Shown: positions 20,720 to 30,631 of the stretch, in pieces
Numbering within the stretch: the first letter of the stretch is position 1
Layout of the letters: each line of letters opens with the position of its first letter
Origin: Candidatus Latescibacterota bacterium
GTDB lineage: Bacteria; Latescibacterota; UBA2968; UBA8231
DNA: 64,000 nt
Assembly (NCBI GenBank): GCA_965242865.1
Contig: CBDETK010000013.1
Location: 5,440,001-5,504,000 of the forward strand
Direction: 5' to 3'
Program-made: the position numbers and the translations under genes
Notes under the pieces: generated by a model
The model's input: the letters and a program-made list of their open reading frames with translations, nothing else
What the model was told of the DNA's origin: nothing
Databases searched by the model: none

Positions 20720-20912
20720 AGGCGGTTTTGGAAGAGCCGGAGCTAGGGGGCGGTGAGGGTGGAGCAGTCTTGACTTTGTATGGTATGGTCATTATAAAGG
20801 ACAGGCAGCAGGTACTATACCTTATCTCACAAATGCCCATCCTCCCGTAGTATGGGGCGTCCACAAGGGACGCCTCATACCTTTAACCCTCTTAACTAAG
20901 GAAGGTACTTAT

Positions 20913-21444
20913 ATGGCCAATAAACAAGGTCCTGTTTGCGTTTCAGTGATTAACATGAAAGGGGGCGTTGGCAAGACTACAATCGCGACAATGCTGGCTC
21001 GCCATGCGACCCTCATGTCCCGCAAAGTTCTAGCAACTGACTTGGACCCACAGGCTAACCTGTCTCAAGCCCTTATGGGAGGTCGTGCTTATAAGGAGTT
21101 CCTAGAGCACAAATCCCCGTCAGTTGTCGAGGTATTTAAGGAGTATCAGCCCCCAACTCCCGATAAGCCATAATCGAGGCCACTTGATTGATGTCATCGG
21201 CGTAGTCATCAATAATTCTACTTATCACTATAGTGGCAACCGTGGAGGGCCTGAAGCACAGAGATCAAAGAAGGAAATATGTGCGGAAGCAGCTAAGAAT
21301 GGATGGCACGTGTTCGAGTCCGAGCTCCCTTTCTCCCGAGGATTTCCCAAAATAATGCGCGGCGCTTTCAGTCATATTGGAGATGCTGCATACTTTCGGT
21401 GTTTTGCGGAAAAATTTTTCGCAAGACTCTTTAACGGAGGTTGA
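20913..21444 (+). pseudogene. ParA/Soj-family ATPase with internal deletion and frame change
   Basis: NMKGGVGKTT and DLDPQANLS in first 86 aa; C-terminal piece GVVINN in another frame; middle motifs missing. Confidence 0.7.
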
Positions 21445-21450
21445 GAGCGT

Positions 21451-21996
21451 ATGAAGAATCCTATTGAAGCAGCACTGCGCCCAATAGTCCGCCAGTATGG
21501 CTTAGGGAGTGTTCTCGAATCGCTGGGGAGAATTGCGGACGCTCAAGGCGAAAGTTCTGGGCAGCCCAGAGGATCGTCCGATGCCGATAAGGGGAAAAAG
21601 CCCAAGAAGCGAAGTGTAAAAGCTACGGCACCGGAATACGTTTCCAAGTTGGAACTCTCCTCAGAGAAGATCTCTCCAGTAGCTAATCTTGCGGAGTGCT
21701 TTGAGCGCAAGGCGTTTTTGCCCACTTTCGGCGATATTGCTCACTTCTGTCAGATATACGGAATTGAGGTGCCGGCCTCTAAGACTCGCGCAAGTGCCAT
21801 CCCAAGAGTTTTCAAGCACCTAGCGGCGATGGAAACCGAAGAAATTCAAAGGATATTGGACGATGGGCTATTCTCCGGCCCATCGCGTTTGGGGCCTATT
21901 GCGGATGCAATCCGGCGCAATGGCAGGGGCAGCACTTCGCCTGCCTCCTCGTCAGTGCGAAACTCTCCTCTCCAGCCTACCGAGAGACATCCATAG
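21451..21996 (+). CDS. Hypothetical protein (partner of ParA-like gene)
   Basis: 181-aa ORF just downstream with GGAGG-like RBS; lower GC islet. Confidence 0.65.
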   Translation: MKNPIEAALRPIVRQYGLGSVLESLGRIADAQGESSGQPRGSSDADKGKKPKKRSVKATAPEYVSKLELSSEKISPVANLAECFERKAFLPTFGDIAHFCQIYGIEVPASKTRASAIPRVFKHLAAMETEEIQRILDDGLFSGPSRLGPIADAIRRNGRGSTSPASSSVRNSPLQPTERHP

Positions 21997-22001
21997 CCCA
22001 G

Positions 22002-22022
22002 CAACGGCGAGTTTAGCCTGCG
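22002..22022 (+). repeat. 21-bp direct repeat, right copy
   Basis: Identical to 20677-20697. Confidence 0.9.
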
Positions 22023-22062
22023 GCGATGGAGAGTTTGAGGGCCTAAAAAGGGATTAAAGTGC

Positions 22063-22116
22063 TTGACAACTGCACTTGTGTTCAGTATATTGGTTGCTAC
22101 TGAACACAAGTGCAGT
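22063..22116 (+). promoter_or_regulatory. sigma70-type promoter embedded in a perfect 19-bp inverted repeat
   Basis: TTGACA(22063)-17 nt-TATATT(22086); ACTGCACTTGTGTTCAGTA(22069-22087) / TACTGAACACAAGTGCAGT(22098-22116). Confidence 0.8.
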
Positions 22117-22188
22117 AATTGCTCAAAATGATCCCCCACGTCCTCTCTGGCACCGCCCTGAGTGCCAGTACTCCCTAGGAGGTTTCCA

Positions 22189-22482
22189 ATGCACAGGCAG
22201 CGTGCATTCCCCACATCCCCCTCGGTCGCCCGGCTGGGCGGGGAGCTCAGCGCAGTCATCAATCGGGTGCGGAGTGCTTTCGGGCCCATTCCCATGCGCG
22301 GCTCGGCCGGCCGGCCCCAAGTTCAGCGGGCCGAGCAAGTCGTCGATCAAACCGCCCGTCAGCTCCTCCGCGGCGAAGCGGATTGGAGCGCGTGGTATCG
22401 GGTGCTGCGTCAGTACGAAGACGCTTGGATGCTAGAGCTGGAAAGGATGCGCAGCACCCGAGCCGAGCGCTGTGCGGCTTGA
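22189..22482 (+). CDS. Small hypothetical protein
   Basis: AGGAGG RBS before ATG; 97 aa; downstream of promoter above. Confidence 0.6.
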   Translation: MHRQRAFPTSPSVARLGGELSAVINRVRSAFGPIPMRGSAGRPQVQRAEQVVDQTARQLLRGEADWSAWYRVLRQYEDAWMLELERMRSTRAERCAA

Positions 22483-22484
22483 GG

Positions 22485-22748
22485 CTAATCGAGGTGGATC
22501 TCGTCCACTTTGCCGACGATGGCCGCGTCCGTAGGCAGTGGAGGGGCAAAAGCATTGCAGGCTTCGCGGGCGACTTCGACGATCACGGCGTCGCCCTCGC
22601 GCAGGGCCGCCCAAGTCGCGCAGACCTCGGCCTCGCCCGTAAGCGCTAGGTGCTCGTTGAGGTCTTGGGTCAGGTGCAATATCTGGCCGCGGAACGGCTC
22701 AATGCACTGCGAGAGCACTACAGTGCCCACCACCTTGGCCAGCTTCAC
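22485..22748 (-). CDS. EutN/CcmL family microcompartment vertex protein (BMC-P) 3
   Basis: VKLAKVVGTVV...DAAIVGKVD. Confidence 0.8.
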   Translation of the reverse strand: MKLAKVVGTVVLSQCIEPFRGQILHLTQDLNEHLALTGEAEVCATWAALREGDAVIVEVAREACNAFAPPLPTDAAIVGKVDEIHLD

Positions 22749-23005
22749 GCGACCGCCTCCTCGTCGATAATTCCCACGATCACGCTCCTGCACGGGGGGC
22801 GTTTGGCCCCGGTCACCTCGGCCCCGGCCGCCCCGGACTGAACGACCAACACGCTGCTGCCGATCCCGGCTTGGACTCCATCCACCGCCACCTGCAAAGC
22901 ACCGCCTTCCTCGCCTTCGGGGCGCACCACCATGATCTTCTGCCCGGCGAGCGCGGGATGTTTGCTGCTGGCGACTACGTGGCCAATGACGCGGCAGACC
23001 TTCAT
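22745..23005 (-). CDS. EutN/CcmL family microcompartment vertex protein (BMC-P) 2
   Basis: MKVCRVIGHVVASSKH...AVDGVQAGIG...IVGIID. Confidence 0.85.
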   Translation of the reverse strand: MKVCRVIGHVVASSKHPALAGQKIMVVRPEGEEGGALQVAVDGVQAGIGSSVLVVQSGAAGAEVTGAKRPPCRSVIVGIIDEEAVA

Positions 23006-23304
23006 GCGACTTGCTTCTCTAGGGCGCGTCCAAACGCCTGTAGCGAATCCACGATACCGATGATCAGCGCATCTACTGGCACCTGCTCCATGCCCGGGGC
23101 CTGCCGCGCCGAGCTGCCCTGCACGACGACGACGAGTTCGCCTTCGCCCGCTTGCACCGCGTCGATGCAGACGAGGTGTTTCTCGGTGTGCTGCAAGCCC
23201 TCGGGCGTGGCGGCGAGGATTTCGACGATGAGTAGTTTCTCGCCCTCGAGGGCCTCTACCTTGGCGCTGGAAACCACGCGCCCTTTGACGAGGCCGAGTA
23301 TCAC
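23002..23304 (-). CDS. EutN/CcmL family microcompartment vertex protein (BMC-P) 1
   Basis: GRVVSSAK...DAVQAGEGELV..GSSAR...DALIIGIVD. Confidence 0.9.
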   Translation of the reverse strand: MILGLVKGRVVSSAKVEALEGEKLLIVEILAATPEGLQHTEKHLVCIDAVQAGEGELVVVVQGSSARQAPGMEQVPVDALIIGIVDSLQAFGRALEKQVA

Positions 23305-24557
23305 GGGCGGTCCTCAAAAAGTTGCAAGCGAGCGGCGTTGATTTCCTGCTCACCGTACCCGTACAAGCCGGCGACCTTCTCCAATACTTGGTTCATGAGG
23401 ATATCCGGGCAGGACGCGCCCGAGGTAATGACTAGCCGCACGGGCAGGGAGCGCGGCAGCCAGCCTTCGCTCTCGATTACTTTCTTAGTATGAATGTCGA
23501 GATGGCGGATGCGCTGGGCCGATAGGATCTCGTCGCTGTTGGCAATGAGAAAGCTCGGCATGGATTGGAGGCATAGCTCGACTAAATGCGAGGTGTTCGA
23601 GCTATTGTAGCCGCCGACGATCAGGGCCAAATCGGCACCGGAACTTAGCAGCGTGCGCGTGGCGTTCTGGTTTTGGTGGGTAGCGTAGCACAGGGTGTCG
23701 TTGGTGTCGGCGCAGTGGTAGTCGAGGTTTTCCGCGCCGTAGCGCTGGCGCATGGCGCGGCGCAAAACAGCGGCCACTTCCTGCGTTTCCTCGGCGAGCA
23801 TGGTCGTCTGGTTGACCACGGCCACCCGCTCTAGGTCCCTTTGCGGGTCAAAGCCCGCTGAGCATTTGTCGGCAAAGGTGCGCTCAAAGGCGGCGAGTGG
23901 CATCTTGCCCGTGATGTACGCGGCCACCTTTTCGGCTTCGGCCGCGTCGAACACCACTAAGGTCTTGGTGTGTGCCTCGGTGTGCGAATGAGTGGCTTGA
24001 GTCTCGGCGTGGTTGTACTTGCCGTGGATGATGATGGTATAGCCTTGGCGGCCCAGCTCTTCGCCGCGCTTCCACACCTTGGACACAAAAGGGCAGGTGG
24101 TGTCGTAGTTTTCCCGGTATTCTTCGGACTCGATGGCGATGCCGCTGTGGCGGAGCGATTCCTCGATCTGCGTGGTGGTGCCAAAGGCCGGAATCAGGGC
24201 GATGTCTTCGCTGGTCAATTCCTCCTCGGCGATCTGGCGGTCCCCCTCGGAGTCGTAGATGAAGCGGACGCCTTGCTTTTTGAGGTCGTTGTTGACTAGG
24301 GGGTTGTGGATGATTTCGCTGACGAGGTACGTGTTGCGCCCCGGGTTTTCCTTTAAGGCCGAAAAGGCCATGTGAATGGCCCGCTCCACCCCGAAGCAAA
24401 AGCCAAAGTGCCGGGGGATTAAAACCTGTAGCTGGCCGATTGCTAGGAGGGTCGGACAGAGCGAACGCTTGCCGTTTTTTAGGCGGTAGTTCTTAACGCG
24501 CTCGATGACGGGGCCGGCGTAGTGATTGGGGACCCGGTCGAATTGCGAATACGCCAT
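23301..24557 (-). CDS. ispH: 4-hydroxy-3-methylbut-2-enyl diphosphate reductase
   Basis: FGFCFGVERA, IIHN, DTTCPFV, TLCYAT, SSNT, SGASCP motifs. Confidence 0.93.
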   Translation of the reverse strand: MAYSQFDRVPNHYAGPVIERVKNYRLKNGKRSLCPTLLAIGQLQVLIPRHFGFCFGVERAIHMAFSALKENPGRNTYLVSEIIHNPLVNNDLKKQGVRFIYDSEGDRQIAEEELTSEDIALIPAFGTTTQIEESLRHSGIAIESEEYRENYDTTCPFVSKVWKRGEELGRQGYTIIIHGKYNHAETQATHSHTEAHTKTLVVFDAAEAEKVAAYITGKMPLAAFERTFADKCSAGFDPQRDLERVAVVNQTTMLAEETQEVAAVLRRAMRQRYGAENLDYHCADTNDTLCYATHQNQNATRTLLSSGADLALIVGGYNSSNTSHLVELCLQSMPSFLIANSDEILSAQRIRHLDIHTKKVIESEGWLPRSLPVRLVITSGASCPDILMNQVLEKVAGLYGYGEQEINAARLQLFEDRP

Positions 24558-24698
24558 GCAAAGCTCCTCGTGGAATTTTTATCTATGGAAGTACATAGTA
24601 TGGCATCGGCCTAAACTGTCAATAGGGTGCTCTGCTCGGGGCCGGGCGATTGGTTATATTGTCCGGCGCTGAATTCACCTGTACGGGAGTGCCAACCC

Positions 24699-25763
24699 AT
24701 GAAATTCGTCATTCGCGCCGGCGGGATCGGTACGCGGCTGTGGCCCTATAGCCGAGTGCGCAAGCCCAAACAGTTCCACTGCTTGGTCGGCGAGCAGACC
24801 ATGCTCCAAGCCGCGGTCGCCCGCATCAGCGCGATTGCCGCGCCAACCGACATGTACATATCGACCGGACGCCCATTGCAGGCACTGGTGCGCGAACAGG
24901 TGCCGGTGCTGCCGCCCGAGCAGCTCATCGTCGAGCCGGCTCTGCGTAATACCGGGCCGGCCATCGGCTTGGAGTGCGCCTTATTGGAGGCTCGCCATCC
25001 GGGCTGTACGGTCGCCAGCTTGGGATCGGACCACTACATAGGCCGGCCCGAGGAGTTTTGCCGCTTGTTGCAGGTGGCCGACCAAGCCCTAACCGACCGG
25101 CCCGACTGCTTGTTCACGCTGGGGGTTGAGCCGACGCGCCCGGAGACCGGGTACGGCTACATCCGCCGCGGCCCGGTGCTGGCCGAGGTGCATGGGACGC
25201 CGGTGTACGCGGTCGCCGAGTTTACGGAAAAGCCCGCGGCCCAACAGGCGGCCGAGTACGCGGCCAGCGGCCACTACTTGTGGAACAGCAACACGTTTGT
25301 CTGGAAGGCGGCGACCGTGCTGGAGCTGTTCGCCCGGTTTGAGCCGGCCATGCACGCCGGGTTGCAGCGCATCCAAGCAGCCGTTGGCACGCCGCAAGAG
25401 GAAGCGGTCATCGCCCGCGAGTATCCCCAACTCAAGCCGATCTCCATCGATCACGCCTTAGTCGAGTGCGCCCCCCAGGTGGCTACGCTCGCGGCGAATA
25501 TCGACTGGGGCGACATTGGTTCTTGGGCCGCACTGACGGACGTATTGCCGACGGATGCGGCGGGCAATTTGCTGGCGGATGAGGTGCTGGCGTTGGACGC
25601 GGCCGGTTCGACCGTGTACGGGCAAAGCGACAAGATCGTGCTGCTATTGGGGGTGGAGGACTTGGTGGTGGTGGATACTGAAGACGCGCTGCTGGTGTGC
25701 GCCAAGGGGGCGGCGCAGCAGGTGAAGGACGCGGTGGAGCAACTAAAAGAGAAATACCGCTAG
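24699..25763 (+). CDS. manC: Mannose-1-phosphate guanylyltransferase family
   Basis: AGGIGTRLWP.SR..KPKQF, EPALRNTGP, ETGYGYI, FTEKP, WGDIGSW. Confidence 0.85.
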   Translation: MKFVIRAGGIGTRLWPYSRVRKPKQFHCLVGEQTMLQAAVARISAIAAPTDMYISTGRPLQALVREQVPVLPPEQLIVEPALRNTGPAIGLECALLEARHPGCTVASLGSDHYIGRPEEFCRLLQVADQALTDRPDCLFTLGVEPTRPETGYGYIRRGPVLAEVHGTPVYAVAEFTEKPAAQQAAEYAASGHYLWNSNTFVWKAATVLELFARFEPAMHAGLQRIQAAVGTPQEEAVIAREYPQLKPISIDHALVECAPQVATLAANIDWGDIGSWAALTDVLPTDAAGNLLADEVLALDAAGSTVYGQSDKIVLLLGVEDLVVVDTEDALLVCAKGAAQQVKDAVEQLKEKYR

Positions 25764-25854
25764 GCCTAAAATCCCTAGCAGAACTCGCCAAAAACGTCAG
25801 TCATTAAGAATTAAAAAAATCGCCACCGGCGGGAGGAAGGGTAGCCCGAAGGAG

Positions 25855-28599
25855 CTACGATCGCTCGACGCGCACCTGATCCTTCAGGTCGAGATCGTCG
25901 AGCACCTGCCGCAGCTCGGTTTCCACGGTCTGGGCAAATTGCGCGGGGACGCGCACGGTGAATTCTATGCCGACGCAAAGGTCTTCTCCAGAGCGCAGCT
26001 TGGGCAGCAGTTTGGTTCCCAAGCGATTCCAGACTTCGGGCGGCACAACGCCGGTGAGCCTAAGCGCGGTCTTTTGATTGGCTGGACTCGGGGCCGGGGC
26101 CGGCTGGGGTGGAGGCTCGGGGCGCGGCGCGGGTTCCGGTTCTGGCTGGGGCGCATCTTCAGGCGCGGCTTTGAGTGCTTGGGCCTTGGCTTTGGCTACC
26201 AAGAACACGTTCTCCTCAAACACCACATCCTCGGCAGCGACCGCCTCTTCATACCACAGCCGATTGAGGTTGGCGCCGGAGGCTAGGCCGAACTCTCCCC
26301 GCGCCACAAACTCAACGATCTTCTGACGCAAGATCGCGTCGGGATCGATCAGCCGCGTCAACGCGCCGTTCAAAAAACTCTGGCGCAGGCTCGTCAGCGG
26401 CCACGCCCCCGCGTCTTTGAACGCGGCCGGCCAGTGGCGGTCGATGTAGCCGGCCCCCACGTTCTCGTTGAGCAGGGCCTCGGCTTTCAACGCACTGATG
26501 ATCCGTCCGCAGAGGGTTTGGCTGGCACTGGCGTGGCCGGCTCCGAGGTCGATGATCTTGAGCTGGTGCTCTTCTCGATTGTCCGCCAGCGCGACAAAGC
26601 GGTAGCCAGCCCATACCTCGTCCTTGGCCGCTTCCTCTGCGTCGCGAACGTGGGCCTGAAGCTCGGCGCGGTCCGCACGGTCGTATTCTGAGCCGAGGAC
26701 GCCCTCGGCCACCTCGTGCGCGACGCGCTTCCAAGCGAGCCATAGCTCGACCTTGTCGCGCAGTTCGCGCCCCGGCTTCCGCGCACACCAGACCAACGAA
26801 CCGCGGTACAGCCGGGGCGCGGTGCCCCGCTCCTGCGTCCAATCGCCAATGCGCTCGATCACTCGGTTGCCGCTGGGCCATTCCTCATCCGGGTCGAGGA
26901 CGATGAGGGCCAAGCGCGGCGAATCCGGGACTGCGGTGCTGTCTTGGGGGAAGAAGCTCGTCGGCAGGGTCGCACCGCGGTTGAACTCTTCCTCGACCAG
27001 CTTGCGGATCGCCGGCTTGATCTCGGCGGTCTCGTCGAGCGACGCCCGCCGGTCGCTGACGACCTTGCGCAGGGTCGCTTGGTGGTGGATGCGGTAGCCG
27101 TCTGTGCCGACTTTGCGGATAAAGAACCCCGACCCTTCGAGGGCGGTCGCCGCGCTGTCAATCGTCGTGGTTTCGACTTGGGGCTCCCCGAGCGCAAAGC
27201 GCAATTCCGGCAGATGGGCCACCTTATCTACCTGCCCGCCAGAGGACTCAAACAGGATGGCCGTGCCCACGCGGCGGTGGATGTCGCGCAACGCGCCCGT
27301 GGCATCGGCATCGAGCGGTCTGGCCCGGGCCGTCAATCCCGCGAGGTCGGCGTCAATCGCCACGTCGAGCCGCGACTCGCCCAACTGGCCCAAGACCACA
27401 GCGCGGAACTCGGGCACATCCAACGGCGCCGCCCCCAGCGTAATCAGCGGCTCGGTGCGCGCCTTGGTAAATTGCTCGCGGGCGGCCCAAGAAATCCATT
27501 GCGCGAGCATGGCCAGCGCCCCGCGGGTTTGCTGGAACTGAGTGAGCGCGCGCCACTTGCGCTGAAAGACCGAAAGGGTGGCCGGATGAAAGGGATAGCA
27601 CGCGGCAAATCGGCCCCGCAAAAACTCCTTGGCCTTGGCTTCGGTCGTCGCGGTATCGACCGCCAGCCACTCGGCCGGTAAGCGGGCAGTGCGTTCAAAG
27701 CACCAGTCCGCGTACGTCTTGGCGACGCGCTTGCGAACGCGCTCGCTGCCGAGGTCCTCAAACAACCGCCGACGCACCACTTCGCTGATCTCGGATTCGT
27801 CGTTGGCAATTAGATCGCGGGCGACGCGGCGCACCACCTTGGTGATTCGGTCTTGCCACTGCTGATCCCAATCGGTCATTTCGACTTGGCTGCGCGGCAG
27901 GCTGATGACCGCGGCGGCCTGCGTGCTGCCGGTGACCGCGACGGTCAGGTTTTGTAGGAAGGCGTGGAAAGGCTCGGCTAGGTCGCGGTGGCGGTTGACG
28001 AAGTTCAGGACTTCATCGAACAACAGCAGCACGGGTGCGTCCGCCGCGGCGAATACGTTGGCGAGTGCCTCGGTGCCCGGTGGCGTGGTTTTTGCGGTCG
28101 CCCCGAGCGCGGCCACGCCCGTTTCGCCGGCCAGTTGGCGGGCTAGATCGATCCAAGGCGTCTCTCGGCCCTCTGCCGGGTCCCAAGCATTGCCGACGAA
28201 GACGCCGACGCGGGCGGGCGGAGCTTTGGCAAGCCCCGCCTCGTTTAGGAGGTCTGCCACCCCGAGGAACTGGGCGGCCTCTGCGCCGGCCTTGGCGATG
28301 TGATACAGGGAAGCGAGGGTATGGGTCTTGCCGCCGCCGAATTGGGTGACGAGCGTGAGGACCGGGGCTGTGTTCTCGGTCTTGCCGGAAAGTCGCCGGA
28401 GGACCATGCCGGCGTGTTCCTTTAGGGCGCGGGTGAAGCAGGTGCGCGAAAAAAATTGCGCGGGCTCGCGGTAATCGGCCGGAGCGGTTTGGGCGACGAT
28501 TTGCTCTAGGGCGATGGCGAACTCGTCCGGGCTGAACGAGCGGCCTTCGCGCACTTCCCTGCGGAGCGTTACGATTTTGTACCAAGGGTCGAGGGCCAT
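25855..28599 (-). CDS. DUF499 AAA+ ATPase (restriction-like/BREX-related system)
   Basis: MALDPWYKIVTLRREVREGRSF..DEFA, TQFGGGKTH Walker A, LLFDE, YPFHP, FQQTRGAL. Confidence 0.9.
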   Translation of the reverse strand: MALDPWYKIVTLRREVREGRSFSPDEFAIALEQIVAQTAPADYREPAQFFSRTCFTRALKEHAGMVLRRLSGKTENTAPVLTLVTQFGGGKTHTLASLYHIAKAGAEAAQFLGVADLLNEAGLAKAPPARVGVFVGNAWDPAEGRETPWIDLARQLAGETGVAALGATAKTTPPGTEALANVFAAADAPVLLLFDEVLNFVNRHRDLAEPFHAFLQNLTVAVTGSTQAAAVISLPRSQVEMTDWDQQWQDRITKVVRRVARDLIANDESEISEVVRRRLFEDLGSERVRKRVAKTYADWCFERTARLPAEWLAVDTATTEAKAKEFLRGRFAACYPFHPATLSVFQRKWRALTQFQQTRGALAMLAQWISWAAREQFTKARTEPLITLGAAPLDVPEFRAVVLGQLGESRLDVAIDADLAGLTARARPLDADATGALRDIHRRVGTAILFESSGGQVDKVAHLPELRFALGEPQVETTTIDSAATALEGSGFFIRKVGTDGYRIHHQATLRKVVSDRRASLDETAEIKPAIRKLVEEEFNRGATLPTSFFPQDSTAVPDSPRLALIVLDPDEEWPSGNRVIERIGDWTQERGTAPRLYRGSLVWCARKPGRELRDKVELWLAWKRVAHEVAEGVLGSEYDRADRAELQAHVRDAEEAAKDEVWAGYRFVALADNREEHQLKIIDLGAGHASASQTLCGRIISALKAEALLNENVGAGYIDRHWPAAFKDAGAWPLTSLRQSFLNGALTRLIDPDAILRQKIVEFVARGEFGLASGANLNRLWYEEAVAAEDVVFEENVFLVAKAKAQALKAAPEDAPQPEPEPAPRPEPPPQPAPAPSPANQKTALRLTGVVPPEVWNRLGTKLLPKLRSGEDLCVGIEFTVRVPAQFAQTVETELRQVLDDLDLKDQVRVERS

Positions 28600-28608
28600 T
28601 TTCAGTTC

Positions 28609-28735
28609 CTATTGATTTGTTATCTGCCGTAATTTGGCGCGAAGATCGTCCAAAAACGCCTTTAGCGACGAATCGCTCTTCCCTGCTCGATAGAAGTCCA
28701 TACCCTCTACCAGTTCAGAAGCGAAGATTACTCAT
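28609..28735 (-). pseudogene. Remnant of ATPase partner gene (start fused to last ~38 codons)
   Basis: ATGAGTAAT overlaps ATPase end, followed out of frame by FASELVEGMDFYRAGKSDSSLKAFLDDLRAKLRQITNQ*. Confidence 0.55.
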
Positions 28736-29972
28736 CAATGAGTCCGCGCAGTATCAGGCTTTCAAACATACCATCTTCCATCTGGCTGGCGAGTGCCGCC
28801 GCGATTTCTGTATCCTGAAACAGCGAGCCTGTAACATCGAAGGGGTCGATCACCGTCCCCTGATTCGCAAGGCGGACATTGAAGAGGCCAATATCGCTTG
28901 ATTGTGTCTCGCGCTTCATCTTCATGATTGCATCGACAAACAGTGGTGAATGCGTGGTGACAACAACTTGGCCTCGACGCTCCTCGACAACAGAGAACAG
29001 AAGCCGAGCGATCAGTTCGAGCCGGCGTGGATGAACGCCGTTTTCGGGTTCCTCCAGTGTTAGGAGAGAGCCGCCCCAAGGGTTCGCAGCGATGGTGCAG
29101 AGTGCGAGAACCCGCAGCGTTCCTTCAGATAAGATGCGAGAGGAATACTCTACGCCTGCCTGCTGGACCAACAGATCCAAGGTGCCGCGTCGCTCGTCTA
29201 GTTCGACGTTTAGCGTCTCAATGCTCGGTACGATTGAGCGCAATGTTCGCAGGACGGCAGCAAAATACTTGGGGTGCTCAGCTCGGAGCTTATATAAAAA
29301 TGACGCGATGTACTCGCCGTGAATGCCAATATCCAACACGTCGGCCGGGGACTCCTCCGCCCGCATCTGCATCCGTGGCTCGAAATAGTACGTGCGCCAG
29401 TTCAGCAACTCTGAACGGACTTGCTCTAGCCAAGGGTATCCGTTGCCGCCCAAGCTCCGGTCAGACAGAATAGAGTGGTTCAAGCCGACCGGCTCCTGTC
29501 GCGGATGAGCCGGCTTGCCCTTGCGGCGGATGTGGAAGTTAGATCCCACGCGCTCAATGGCCGCGGCCCCCTTCGGGTTTCCGGCCGCACTGAGTTGAGC
29601 CAAATACTCGTCGGCAACGCTGAGTTGTCCCGATCTAAAATCTATTTCCGGCTCGACGCGATATCGATAACCTCCTTTCTCAGTAGCCAGATCGGCCTCC
29701 AGTGTAAACCGTGCAGATTGTTTCTGAAGCAAAGCGGGTAGTCCTTCCGCAGAAAAAGAGAATGCTTCAAAGGCATAACCGCGTACCGGAAACGATCCTC
29801 CGAGTGCGTCGAATAGCGTACGTGCGTTGCCCATCCACGAAAGAGCTTGGATGGCGTCCAGCAGATTGCTCTTGCCAACAGCATTAGGCCCAAAAAGGAC
29901 CGCCAAACGGGGCAGGTCGACCGTGACTTCGCTGAGCGACTTGAAGTTGCGGACGGTCAGTCTCTTGAGCAT
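28728..29972 (-). CDS. ABC-type (AAA_21) ATPase
   Basis: FGPNAVGKSN, LSEGTLR, LEEPENGVHP, TTHSP. Confidence 0.9.
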   Translation of the reverse strand: MLKRLTVRNFKSLSEVTVDLPRLAVLFGPNAVGKSNLLDAIQALSWMGNARTLFDALGGSFPVRGYAFEAFSFSAEGLPALLQKQSARFTLEADLATEKGGYRYRVEPEIDFRSGQLSVADEYLAQLSAAGNPKGAAAIERVGSNFHIRRKGKPAHPRQEPVGLNHSILSDRSLGGNGYPWLEQVRSELLNWRTYYFEPRMQMRAEESPADVLDIGIHGEYIASFLYKLRAEHPKYFAAVLRTLRSIVPSIETLNVELDERRGTLDLLVQQAGVEYSSRILSEGTLRVLALCTIAANPWGGSLLTLEEPENGVHPRRLELIARLLFSVVEERRGQVVVTTHSPLFVDAIMKMKRETQSSDIGLFNVRLANQGTVIDPFDVTGSLFQDTEIAAALASQMEDGMFESLILRGLIDE

Positions 29973-29984
29973 TTGCGCTCTCCT

Positions 29985-30055
29985 ATCGCGGTATCCCCCA
30001 GCGACTCCAATTTCGTTACCCAGCCATTGAACCGAAGGCATTTAGCGCGAATCAC
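29985..30055 (-). pseudogene. DUF4276-like gene remnant
   Basis: GTG overlapping upstream TGA reads VIRAKCLRFNGWVTKLESL, resembling the DUF4276 C-terminus (IR..C.RF..W...LE.L). Confidence 0.55.
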
Positions 30056-30621
30056 GGGCGTCCTCCGAGCAGGTTCTTCTGCCAGAGCTCGCCCGGTGTG
30101 AAGTTATCGTCGAGCCATACCTGATAGTCATCTGGGGATAGCTTGCGAACTTCAGTACGACCGTCCCGTAGCTCTAATACGAAAATCTCGTCGAGACCGA
30201 ACGCATCAACCAGCAAGGGCGATTGTGTTGCCACAATGACCTGCCTGTCCTCGGCGAGGGACTTTATCATACCCCCGACCAAAGCGATAGCGGCCGAACG
30301 GTCGGGCTGAGCACGGGAAAGCATGAACCGATAGTCGCCATAGCCCTCATCGATTCGCAATCTAACCTCGGCCTCTATGCGTGGCGTCCGTCGGCTGCCG
30401 CCATGTAATTGGTCATCGGCTCCTCCTTGGCTACCGATGAACTCGGCGAGCCTGCGATGCTCGAGCATCCAACTCAGCATTTCAAAGAAGCGAATGAAAT
30501 TCGACTTGCCTGAGCCGTTGGCACCGATTAGGACCGCCGCCTTGGGAATTCCCGCAAGCTCAACATCGGCCAACGACCGGAAGCCGCGGATGCGGACGGA
30601 TTCGATCATTGTTGAGTCCAT
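30052..30621 (-). pseudogene. AAA_21 ATPase with in-frame internal deletion
   Basis: GANGSGKSN and ATQSP...WQKNLLGGRP present; ABC signature and Walker B absent; only 189 aa. Confidence 0.75.
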
Positions 30622-30631
30622 TTCGTTCCTT

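Noticed and set aside
25763-25855. tRNA/att site or integrase at the island boundary
   Set aside because: No tRNA-like sequence, recombinase gene or matching repeat at the 50.36-kb boundary could be seen.
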